From assembly GCA_964016885.1 (NCBI GenBank), contig OZ024741.1:26288001-26352000 (forward strand): 64,000 nucleotides of DNA. Reading direction: 5' to 3'. Each line of letters starts with the position of its first letter. Within the stretch, counting starts at the first letter, position 1. The notes under the pieces are model-generated. The model had not been told where the DNA came from, made no database searches, and saw only the letters and a list, made by a program, of their open reading frames with translations. Positions 9,148-19,959 of this stretch are shown one piece after another. The position numbers and the translations under genes were made by a program. This stretch comes from Eledone cirrhosa (taxonomy: Eukaryota).

Positions 9148-11900
9148 CGGCGCTGCCCGTGGTGGAAGTCTTCGTGAGGGGAAAGCCACAGTGAGCCCTC
9201 GTGGTCACGGGCTGTACAACGACACTGGTGACCGCGGGGGTGGTGGAGAGGGAAGAGCAGCGTAAGGGCAGTCGACGGCAGGAAAATTGAATGCCAAGGT
9301 CGCAGCGAGATGGAAATAGCGGTACGGGGAAGGAAAATAAGGCTTTCTGCCATCGTAGTAGACAGCGTGGTGGATGGGATCGGCGTGGTTATGGGCATGG
9401 ACACAATTGGCCGTCTAGGAGGCGTCACAGTGAACAACGTCGGTGTGTCATTTGGCGCCGCTGCATCGGTATGCGCTGTGAGTGTGCGACAGGAGAACCA
9501 GAAGGCCCACGAGGAGAAATACCCCGCTTACACTGTGCAGGACAAAAACTTCAAGGCCGTGTTCGATGGGCACTGATGGGTTGTTGAGTGGTACTGGAAG
9601 GGAGAACCACCAACACTGAAGACCAAAGTGGGCTGCTATCAACACACATTGAAGGGAAACGCTAGGAGCGAGTTCGAGCGAGAAGTAGAGAGATGGATCG
9701 AAGAGGGCATACTGCTTCCCTGGAAAGAGGAGGTGAAGTGCGGAGTATTGCCGCTAATGGCGGTGGTGCAACCCACGAAGAACAAGGTGAGACCGGTGCT
9801 GGACTTTCGGGAGCTGAACGAGCACATGTCATGCCACACGGGTGGCGAGGTCACGGATGTCTGTGGGGAAACCCTGCGTGAGTGGAGACGCATGACGGGG
9901 GGTTTAGCAATCGTAGATCTAAAGTCAGCATACTTGCAATCGCATATAGATGAGAAGCTCTGGCAGTATCAGCTGGTCAGGTATAAGGGCCGGACATATT
10001 GCCTGACCAGGCTCGGTTTCGGGCTGAGCTCCGCACCGAAGATCATGGCGGCGGTCCTCAAGACCATTCTGGGAAAGGCCGACAAGATGAAGAGGGCCAC
10101 TAACTCCTATATTGACGACATCCTAGTGGACGAGTCTGTGGTGTCGGCGGCGGAATTCACGAGCCATTTACAGGGGTATGGACTGGCTGCGAAGCCGTCA
10201 GAAGCATTGGAGGGAGGAGCCGCGCTGGGACTTAGACTACGGCGAGACAGGATGGGCGTCTTGGTATTCCAGAGGGGAAATGAAGTTCCAGAACTGGGAC
10301 CAAGTATGAGTAGGCGGGAGCTTTTCTCGGTGTGTGGAAAGTTGGTGGGTCACTACCCGATTGCTGGGTGGCTCTGGACGGCATGCAGCTATGTCAAGAG
10401 ACGAGCGAGAGTAGTGACTTGGAGTGACAGAGTGGGAGAGAGGACGGTGGCCATGATGCAGGAGATCGTGGGGAGGGTGAAGGCCGACGACCCAGTGCGG
10501 GGACACTGGTATGTTCCCAAATCACAGAGCGGGACCGTATGGTGCGGCGATGCCAGCAGCATAGCGCTGGGTGTCACGTTGGAGATAGGAGGTGTTGAGG
10601 TCAAGGATGCAGCCTGGTTTAGGAAGAAGGACGACTGCAACCACATCAATGTGGCTGAGTTGGACGCAGTGTTGAGAGGGGTGAACCTCGCCCTGAGGTG
10701 GGGACTGCGCACCATCGAGATACGCACCGACTCGGCTACTGTACTCGGATGGGTGAGATCAGTGCTCACCAGTGAGAAGAGAGTGCGAACGAGAGGGGCG
10801 GCGCAGATGCTGATAAAGCGCCGCCTGGGAACTTTAGGAGAGCTGGCCACCGAGTTTGACCTGAGGCTGAGCATAGTTTTCGTGCCCTCAGAGAAAAATA
10901 GGGCGGACATCTTAACTAGGGTGAAGAAAGCCTGGATGGAAGCGCCGGAGGAGGTAGAAGATGAGATAGCTGCCGTGTGTCGGCTGACCGAGTCGGATCT
11001 GAAAGGGTTGCATGACATGCACCACATGGGAGTGGATAGGAGCCTGTTCCTAGCCAGGAGAATCGACTCGGACGTTAACAGACACAGTGTTCAAAGGGTG
11101 GTTAGAGGCTGCGTCCGATGTCAGTCCATTGATCCCGCCCCGGGTGTACACGAAACGGGAAGCCTCCCGGTGGATCGCGACTGGAAGCGATTGGCGGTGG
11201 ATGTAACGCACTACCGACAGGAAACGTACCTCTCGATGGTCGCCTGTGGACCAGGACGGATGGCGATATGGAGGGAGATGAAGACTGGAACGGCCGAGGA
11301 AATCATGCGGACGTTGAGAGAGGTGTTCTTGGAGCAGGGCCCTGTGGATGAACTGCTGATGGACAACAGCGCAGCATCCGCTAGGAGGCGCTGAGGGAGA
11401 TGCTCGATGGATGGAAGGTGGACCGTTTCTTCAGAGCAGCGCACAGGCCGAGCGGAAATGGAATTATGGAGCGACACCACCGGACGATCAAGGCAATGGC
11501 AGAGCGGGGCCATATCTCACCAATAGAGGCAGTGTTCTGGTACAACATGTCCCCTCGGGTGGGACAGGTCGAGGAATCGGTGCCACACAGAGCAGTATTC
11601 AGAATCACCCGTGCACGCCACCACAACGGCCAGTGGGGAGAGAGAGTGCGTTCGTGCAGGTGGGCGAAGAAGTCTGGGTTAAGCCCCCAGATGCACGTTG
11701 GACATCTCAATGGGGAAGGGGAACGGTGACGGCCGTAAATTCCCAGAACAATGTGTCCGTGGACGGAGTACCACGTCATGTCCTGGATGTCCGTAGAATC
11801 ACTGTGTCAACGGACTCCGAGGAAGAGGAAACCCAAAGTGCTGCCCCAACACTGCGGAGATCGCAAAGAAGTCGTAAACCACCAACCTGGACAGCAGACT
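9141..11900 (+). pseudogene. pol: Gypsy pol: aspartic protease (degenerate), RT, RNase H, integrase
   Basis: PR region ALV(V)TGCTTTL with a nearby stop and DTG changed to VTG; RT VRPVLDFRELN, IVDLKSAYLQ, LGFGLSSAP, YIDDI; RH DASS, HINVAELDA, TDS, ADILTR; IN HDMHH..CVRC, AVDVTH, MDNSA, NGIMERHHRTIK. Frameshifts or stops near 9240, 9576, 11370 and 11610. Confidence 0.93.
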
Positions 11901-11935
11901 TTCATATGCAGAAGGACGAGGGGAAATTGATCCTT

Positions 11936-11950
11936 GAGATCAGGGGGGCG
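11936..11950 (+). promoter_or_regulatory. Polypurine tract
   Basis: GAGATCAGGGGGGCG immediately before the 3' LTR. Confidence 0.8.
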
Positions 11951-12201
11951 TGTGGGTATGGTGTGGCGTGCGGTGGCCGGAAGCGAGGGAGTGCTCGACC
12001 GGAAGGGTGCTTGGCTGGAAGGATGCTCGACCGGAAGGGCCAGCAGAGGGCCTCTCTAGTGGTGACCAGCAACGGTGTGGACGCGAGTTTTGGCAGCTCC
12101 CGGTGTTAAGCAGTTGGACGCACGTGGAAGAGGAGTAACCTGCAGTGGAATTTAGCGGCGCCTATGAAAAGCGGTAAGTGAGATAACTTTTTCTAACCAC
12201 A
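11951..12201 (+). repeat. 3' LTR (251 bp)
   Basis: TGTGGGTATGG...CTAACCACA followed by TSD TATAC. Confidence 0.97.
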
Positions 12202-12511
12202 TATACATAATTTGATTACTTGTACATGCAATATTTATTAGAATGCGGTTGAAGTGTGCATGCATTTTGGGGTCACCCTGTATATATAATATTGGAGTGT
12301 TGGGAAATATAATTATTTAGAGATTATTTAAATAATTCAAACATACTATCAACATGAATAAACAAAAACATGAATTAAGCTGTTAAAATATTTAAAAGGA
12401 ACAGAAAATCAAACTTGACAATTATTACATGTCAAGAGTTGTTTCCCTTGACTGTTAGAAAAATGTAAAAAAATATAAATCATTGACAAATGTAGATATT
12501 TCTTCTCCCTA

Positions 12512-12892
12512 CTCTCGAGTTTTGAATAATCGTCCTCACAACCCCGCTTATTCATTTTTCAAATTTTTTTCACCAGCCCCCGCTCTTATTCCAATACCCC
12601 ACCACATCTGCTTATTAAAATTTTCGAATCTATCTCCGGTAAAATTTTATTTTAAGTGGTAGCATCCCTGCGACAATTAATTTTCTTTAGCCATTAAAAA
12701 ACATTATACATCCTATTTATTTTATAATGTATGGGATTTCTAGTAATGTACTCTTTTGTCATGTATAATGTTTTTAATGCATAAGGAAAATTGTTGCAGG
12801 AATGCTACCACGTAAAATAAAATTTCGCCGGAGATAGACTAGAAAAATTTAATAAGCAGGGTGGGGTGAAACAATTTGAAAAATGAATAAAC
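12512..12892. mobile_element. Two partial MITE copies in opposite orientation forming an imperfect fold-back
   Basis: Starts TA-CTCTCGAG..AATAAT; ttattcatttttcaaatt...ctatctccgg..aaattttatttta.gtggtagcat (12547-12710) is mirrored by atgctaccac.taaaataaaattt..ccggagatag...aatttgaaaaatgaataa (12760-12890). Confidence 0.8.
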
Positions 12893-12904
12893 TATCTATG
12901 TCAC

Positions 12905-13440
12905 TGTGGACTCTTTCAACCTCCACCCCCTTTTTTGTCGCTACAGTGCCTGCTGCCTTCCATGCCATACTGCCCTCAACGAGGTCATAAAGCATGGCTT
13001 GGACGCTGCAGGCTTCTCCTCCCAGCTCCAGCCAGTGGGGCTGGACCAAAGGGACGGCAAAAGGCCAGACGATATGACCATCTTCCCGTTCCGCGGTGGA
13101 AAACCCCTCGCCTGGGATGCCACTTGCAGCGATACTTTCTTCAGTCGCAACCTGGTACAATCTGCAACTAACCCAGGTTTTGCTGCACTTTGGGCTGAGG
13201 AGAGCAAACTCTCCAAGTACCGGTCACACTCTGACAGGGTGGCGGTCGTGTCTTTGGCAGTGGAGACTTCTGATGTCCCTGGCCCTAACGCTACCTCCCT
13301 ACTTACCACCATAGGCGCTGAGCTGGCCAGCTGCAGGTGTGAGCCTCGCGAGTTGGAATGGCTCTTCCAGCGCATCTCCCTTACCATCCTCTGGGAAACA
13401 CCTTCTCCATTCTGTCCACCGGGGCTGTGGGGAGGCCAGC
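12905..13440 (+). mobile_element. CRE-clade non-LTR retrotransposon fragment, restriction-like endonuclease domain
   Basis: HTALNEVI..GLDQRDGKRPD..LAWDATCSDTF..AEESKLSKY..LAVETS..LFQRISL, the H/RPD/D/E-x-x-K/KY pattern of the RLE domain. Confidence 0.85.
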
Positions 13441-13589
13441 ACGTGGGATCCTATTTGCTCTTAATACAGAGAGATGGGGAGGGCGAGACAAGTGGAGGCG
13501 ATGACAGTGGGAGTTCGGCTCTTCCGTGTTCAGACACATTGCACCTGTCATGTGGATCATGTAAGCAGGAAACAAGCGCTACCAAATTC

Positions 13590-14092
13590 TCAGAGGGCTC
13601 TATAGAAACAGTAGATAGCTTCTGCTACTTAGGTGACCGAATTAGCAGTGGAAGTGGGTGTTCTGAAAGTACAGTAGCCAGAGTAAGAGCAGGATGGAGG
13701 AAGTTCAAGGAACTACTACCACTGCTGGCTACAAAAGGCTTCTCCCTCAGAATAAAAGGCAGACTATATGATGTGTGCGTACGTACAGCTATGTTACATG
13801 GTTGCGAGACTTGGGCGGTGTGTGCAAAAGACTTGCATAGATTGGAAAGAAATTAAGCCTACATGCTCCAATGGATGTGTAATAATAATATGCAAGAACG
13901 GCGAAGCATAAATGAACTGAGAGGGAAACTAGGCATAAGAGGAATCAAATACTGTGTGCCGGAGAGGAGATTGTGTTGGTACGGACATGTGTTGTATATG
14001 AAGGATGACAACTGCATAAAGACGTGCAGAATGCTCAAAGTCATTGGAAGCCTTGGAATGGGGAGACCCAGGAAGACCTGGGATGAGGTGAG
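13590..14092 (+). mobile_element. RTE-clade LINE, post-RT C-terminal fragment
   Basis: VDSFCYLGDRI..ARVRAGWRKFKELLPLL..KGRLYDVCVRTAMLHGCETW..RRLCWYGHV..GRPRKTW. Confidence 0.88.
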
Positions 14093-14504
14093 ACATTACT
14101 ATGGCTCAGAAAACATTAAATACTAATTTCAATATCTATGTTGTCGTGAAACTAACAGTTAGCCTTAATAAGCAGTCAGTTGTTGCCAGGCTTCTTGTTT
14201 TGAGAAACCTGTATTCTGGCTTGATACTTGCTCAAAATCTCTTGCACCAACATCAGAATGAACTGTAAATGGCGATTCTAGTCATTTGTGAGCATTGGTC
14301 ACAGGAAAACTAGAAAACTAATCCCTTGAGCCAATTGCTACCAAACTAAAACACTCTATCAAAGACTACTAGGACTTCATTACAGAAAAGATTCACCATT
14401 TAAGCCTGTGAATGGTTGTGCATTCCACAACCATATCTACCTTTCACTGTAATTCCTAAACTCCATCAGTGTGACAAGTCTGGACATTTAAATTACAGGT
14501 ACAA

Positions 14505-14590
14505 GTACAATTTATCCAACAGGCTTCCACACTGGGATTAAACCCGAGACCTCATGATTTTAAAGCTAACCCGTTAACCACTCATCCGTG
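14505..14590 (-). mobile_element. Degenerate tRNA-derived SINE head
   Basis: Minus strand cggatgagtggttaacggg...ggtctcgggtttaatccc resembles A and B boxes. Confidence 0.45.
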
Positions 14591-15270
14591 TCTACATACA
14601 TACACATATATATATGTATATGTACAAAATACTATGTTTTTCTCAAACGATATATGGCTGTTTCTATCTCTATATATACACATACATCTTTTAATTTGAA
14701 TTATTGATGCTCTGGGCAAATGTCCACTGAGCTTTTCTACTGAGAAACATAATCATCATACATATTATATAAGTTATGATACCTTAAATCAGTGTATATA
14801 TATGTGTGTGTGTGTAGAAACAGGTCCCTGATGGCTGCTTTGTGGTAGAAATTGGTGTGGATTTCACCGCTATCAGAGATGTTCAGTCTGAAATCAAGTA
14901 GAGCGTGGGACCCGGAGTCGGTGGGGTGTTCAATGCTGAATTTGATGTTATTGTATGTATGTATGTATATATATGTGTGTGAATATGCGCGGGGACATAG
15001 AAATAGTCGGACTGGACACCCGATCGCGCGGTTAAACCACTGGGAGTGAAGGACCCCTAGCCTTTGTCAGGGCATTCTTCTAGGAGAAGGCAACTCAGGA
15101 AACTGGGATAACTCTGATATAAAACCTGTGGCTCAGTAGTTGATCTTTTCTTCTTTTTGGGTTATAGCTACTGTCGCTCAGAGAGTGGGATTGGCTCAGT
15201 GCACAGACAGTCATTCCTCACTTTAAAAAATATCTTCACGCACAGGCATTGCACGATAGAATTAATTAAT

Positions 15271-16804
15271 TGTTTCTACTTTAGGCAAAAGGCCAGCAAT
15301 TACCCAGTGCATTACTGGTACTTTATTTTATCGACCCCGTAAGGATGAAAGGCAAAGTCAACCTTGGCGGGATTTGAACTCAGATCGTAAAGGGACGTAA
15401 CTATGCTGGAAAGCATGGCGTCCGACTCTCTACCGATACTGCCAATTCACCACCCTAACATGGCGTCCGACCCTCTACCGATACTGCCAATCCACCGCCC
15501 TAACATGGCGTCCGACCCTCTGCCGATACTGCCAATCCACCGCCCTAACATGGCGTCCGACCCTCTACCGATACTGCCAATCCACCGCCCTAACATGGCG
15601 TCCGACCCTCTACCGATACTGCCAATTCACCGCCCTAACATGGCGTCCGACCCTCTACCGATACTGCCAATTCACCGCCCTAACATGGCGTCCGACCCTC
15701 TACCGATACTGCCAATTCACCGCCCTAACATGGCGTCCGACCCTCTACCGATACTGCCAATCCACCGCCCTAACATGGCGTCCGACCCTCTACCGATACT
15801 GCCAATCCACCGCCCTAACATGGCGTCCGACCCTCTACCGATACTGCCAATTCACCGCCCTAACATGGCGTCCGACCCTCTACCGATACTGCCAATCCAC
15901 CGCCCTAACATGGCGTCCGACCCTCTACCGATACTGCCAATTCACCGCCCTAACATGGCGTCCGACCCTCTACCGATACTGCCAATTCACCACCCTAACA
16001 TGGCGTCCGACCCTCTACCGATACTGCCAATCCACCGCCCTAACATGGCGTCCGACCCTCTACCGATACTGCCAATCCACCGCCCTAACATGGCGTCCGA
16101 CCCTCTACCGATACTGCCAATCCACCGCCCTAACATGGCGTCCGACCCTCTACCGATACTGCCAATTCACCGCCCTAACATGGCGTCCGACCCTCTACCG
16201 ATACTGCCAATCCACCGCCCTAACATGGCGTCCGACCCTCTACCGATACTGCCAATTCACCGCCCTAACATGGCGTCCGACCCTCTACCGATACTGCCAA
16301 TTCACCACCCTAACATGGCGTCCGACCCTCTACCGATACTGCCAATCCACCGCCCTAACATGGCGTCTGATCCTCTACCGATACTGCCAATCCACCACCC
16401 TAACATGGCGTCCGACCCTCTACCGATACTGCCAATTCACCGCCCTAACATGGCGTCCGACCCTCTACCGATACTGCCAATCCACCGCCCTAACATGGCG
16501 TCCGACCCTCTACCGATACTGCCAATTCACCGCCCTAACATGGCGTCCGACCCTCTACCGATACTGCCAATTCACCGCCCTAACATGGCGTCCGACCCTC
16601 CACCGATACTGCCAATTCACCACCCTAACATGGCGTCTGATCCTCTACCGATACTGCCAATCCACCACCCTAACATGGCGTCCGACCCTCTACCGATACT
16701 GCCAATCCACCGCCCTAACATGGCGTCCGACCCTCTACCGATACTGCCAATTCACCGCCCTAACATGGCGTCCGACCCTCTACCGATACTGCCAATCCAC
16801 CACC
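15271..16804 (-). mobile_element. tRNA-derived SINE with tandemly amplified 5' head, 19-bp TSD
   Basis: SINE body 15271-15457; CACGATAGAATTAATTAAT at 15252-15270 and 16805-16823 brackets the SINE plus the whole array. Confidence 0.9.
15413..16804. repeat. 45-bp minisatellite, 31 copies
   Basis: Unit AACATGGCGTCCGACCCTCTACCGATACTGCCAATYCACCRCCCT; gives the 15-aa periodic ORF 15403-16812. Confidence 0.98.
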
Positions 16805-16924
16805 CACGATAGAATTAATTAATAATTATTAATAATGGTATATCGTGCAATGGCCATACTTGATAACGAGGGGGCAGCCATCATGTATATATATATATGT
16901 GTGTGTATATACATATACATACAC

Positions 16925-17092
16925 ACTGGTCCACACTGTAAACGTGGTTGGTGTTAGGAAGGGCATCCAGCCGTAGAAAACCCGCCAGACAGTCCTATAC
17001 AAGCAGGACAACTAATCTTGCCTCAAGTGGGAAAACTCCCGTCCAAACCCATGCAAGCGTGGAAGATGGACGTTAAACGATGATGATGATGA
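16925..17092 (+). mobile_element. Short retroelement sharing the RTE 3' tail
   Basis: gtggttggtgttaggaagggcatccagccgtagaaaa...acccatgcaagcgtggaagatggacgttaaacgatgatgatgat; matches 18860-19033. Confidence 0.8.
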
Positions 17093-17159
17093 CACACATA
17101 TATGTGTGTATGTGTGTACATATATACATACGTATATATCACAAAACTGTGATATTGTC

Positions 17160-19033
17160 GGGGAGAAGTGTGTCCATAATGATGATGATGTACTTGCCCT
17201 CACTGATACTGATAAGAAGGTAGCTTGGAAGTGTCACTATGAGAGATTACTAAATGAGGAGAATGAATGGGATAAAGATAGTCTGCCCCAAATCGATCCA
17301 ATAGAGGGACCAGCTGTGCAAGTTAATGGTAGTATAATAAGTAAGGCAAAGATATAAAGACAGGCAAGGCAACTGGGCCTTCAGAGATAGTTGCTGAGAT
17401 GTTGAAAGTATCTGGAATGGTGGGACATACTATAGTCACCTGGATAGTAAACCAAGTAATACAGAATCATCATTAACTGCTACAAGGCCAAAGGAGATGC
17501 TCTAGATAGAGATAACTATAGAGGCATTAAGTTAGTTGACCAGGTCATGGAAAGTGTTATAGCACAACTAATTAGAGACTGAATTGATCTAGATAGAATG
17601 CAGTTTGGGTTTGTGCCAGCTAAAAGTACCACAGATGGTCTCTTCCTTGTGCGACAACTACAGGAGAAGTACCTAGCTAAAAGTAAACCCCTCAACTTAG
17701 CTTTTGTTGACTTGGAGAAAGCCTTTGACAGAGTCGCCCCGCTCCATTGTCTATAACAGAAGAGTTTAAGACCAGCTGCCCTTGGGAACTTCTATATGCA
17801 GATGATCTAACTCTCATAGCTGAATCTATGGCTGAACTAGAGAAGAAATTCCAAACATGGAAGCATGGCCTAGAACCAAAAGGCCTTAAAGTTAACCTGT
17901 CTAAGACTAAAGTTCTAGTATGTAGAAAGGAAAATAGGGTGCAGGTGCCCTCTGGTAAATGGCCATGCTAAGTGTGTAGGAAAGGAGTAGGTAGAAATTC
18001 CATTTTATGTCCCAAATGCAAACTATGGGTACATAAAAGATGTAGTGGGATCAGAGGCAAGCTATCTAAGAATGTAGATTTTATATGTGACAGATACTCA
18101 GGTGAAGTAAGTAGCAAGTGCCTACTGGATATTAGCTCCTTCTACTGCCCAGATGGTTCTATAGAAATAGTGGACACCTTCCGTGACCTGGGTGACAAAA
18201 TCATCAGTGGTGGAGGGTGCCAGAGTTAGAAAGGGATGGAAAAATTTCAGAGAGCTAATACCGCTGTTGGCCACATTTTTAGATTGGAAAGGAACGTAGC
18301 ATGCATGCATGCTCCGTTGGATGTGTAATAGTAATATACACAGACGGTGAAACATAAACGAACTAAGTGAGAAATTAGGAATAAGGGATTAGATGCAGTT
18401 TACTTGAGAGGAGATAATGTTGGTATGGTCATGTGATGCGCATGAAAGACGACAGCTGTATAAAAAAGTGCAGGGCGATCAAAATTGATGGAAGCTATGG
18501 AGTAGGTAGGCCCAGAAAAACCTGGGACGACATGATAAAATCTGACCTTGCACACTTACACCTCTCTAAGACATTGTCACTAGATCGAAACTTTTGGCGC
18601 TACACAGTAATACAGAAGACCCGCCTCCCCTTACGTACAAAGTTAAACCTACAGTCAGTAGGTACCTCTCAACCAAATATACACCCCACCTCACTACCCC
18701 TACTCCATCCTCCCACTCCCACCAACATCACTCTTTCTCTGTAAAGTTAAGTTGGTACCACAGAACATCCAGTCCACACTAAAGTGGTCGTGTAGGTGTC
18801 AAAAGTCACCCAGTCCACGCTGTAAAGTGGTCGTGTAGGAGACACTGTAAAAGGGCTCCCAGTCCACACTGTGAATGTGGTTGGTGTTAGAAAGGGCATC
18901 CAGCCGTAGAAAACCTGCCAGATATAGGCCTATACGAGCGAGACACTGTCACCCAATGAATCTTGTCTCGAGTGGGAAAATTCCCGGCTAACCCATGCTA
19001 GCGTGGAAGATGTTAAACGATGATGATGATGAT
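17160..19033 (+). mobile_element. Internally deleted RTE-clade LINE (RT, Cys/His finger, C-terminus, 3' tail)
   Basis: WKCHYERLLNEENEWD, NYRGIKL, MQFGFVP, FVDLEKAFDRV, ELLYADDL, GLKVNLSKTK, CRKGVGRNSILCPKCKLWVHKRC, GRPRKTW; ends in (GAT)n. Confidence 0.9.
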
Positions 19034-19178
19034 ATGTATATATATATATAAATGTGTGTGTATATATATGTGTGTGCGCGCGCGTATGTAAAGGTATTTA
19101 TGTAAGTATGCATGTATGTATGTAGGTATGTACGTATGAATGTAGGTATGTATTTATTTATTAATAATCTATACGCAC

Positions 19179-19239
19179 CATAATTTATTTTACTGTAAAT
19201 AAAGCCGACGATAATGAACAATCTGACAAAAGCAGCCAT
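19179..19239 (-). CDS. Probable first coding exon (signal peptide) of the Ly6/uPAR gene
   Basis: ATG at 19239, MAAFVRLFIIVGFIYSKINY+G, phase-1 donor G|GTGCGT at 19178 that joins exon 5944-6060 in frame; lies in unique sequence next to promoter-like motifs. Confidence 0.6.
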
Positions 19240-19429
19240 ATACACTCGATTTATTCTTCCAAACACAAAGATTTCTCGACTTCTCTCCTTAGTTATTGTT
19301 ATTGATGATGATGATAAGTAGTTGTCCGTAATATTGTAGTAATAGTTGAGTAAATTCTTAATATTCTAGTTGTTAACTATTTATTAAAATACACCCAATC
19401 AAGCACCGTAATTTAATTACCATGACAAT

Positions 19430-19715
19430 AGTGTAACTTCCGGCCAGGTGAATCAATATGTTATACCTGAATGATTTCTGCTGTTACAACACCTGTTGCC
19501 TGGCTTAACCCGTTCTTTCGTTTTTTTTCCCCTTTTTCTTGTCATTTATTTTACTACCCATGTATAAAATTAAGGTAGATTTATATAAGAACATCCTACT
19601 CAATTTCAGGGGGAAAACAATTTTTACTTTTTGTTTAAACTTTTTTTTTTTTTCGTGTGCTATCAACTAATCTAACCTCCAATCGACATTTTACTTCCGG
19701 AGAACGGAAGGGGTA
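19430..19715. promoter_or_regulatory. Promoter-like region with ETS/GABP-type ACTTCCGG motifs
   Basis: ACTTCCGG at about 19436 and about 19693 (the latter followed by CGGAAG), 200-450 bp upstream of the candidate first exon. Confidence 0.3.
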
Positions 19716-19959
19716 GGGTCGCTCCCGCCCCACCCTCACGGAGTTTTCCCTACAGATTTTTTTTTACCTTGTGTTATCAACGAGTAGGACCTCCAAACCA
19801 TGGAAACTACTAGATTTGTAGAAGGGGGGGGGGGTGAAAGGTGGCGGAAAGACCATCGGAATTTCGTACATCTACACACCTCTCACGTTAGATGGTAAAT
19901 AATTACCTTTTTTCTGGATCTCTGAGATGCTTGTTATCTTCAATCGTGCCAACCCTTAC

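Larger units (their letters stand above)
8019..12201 (+). mobile_element. Full-length Ty3/Gypsy LTR retrotransposon (4183 bp), coding regions disrupted
   Basis: Two 251-bp LTRs with TGTGG...CCACA termini, 5-bp TSD TATAC (8014-8018 and 12202-12206), PPT, domain order gag-PR-RT-RH-IN. Confidence 0.97.

Noticed and set aside
14209-14310. Minus-strand segment with acceptor- and donor-like ends inside Ly6 intron 1
   Set aside because: All three frames contain stops.
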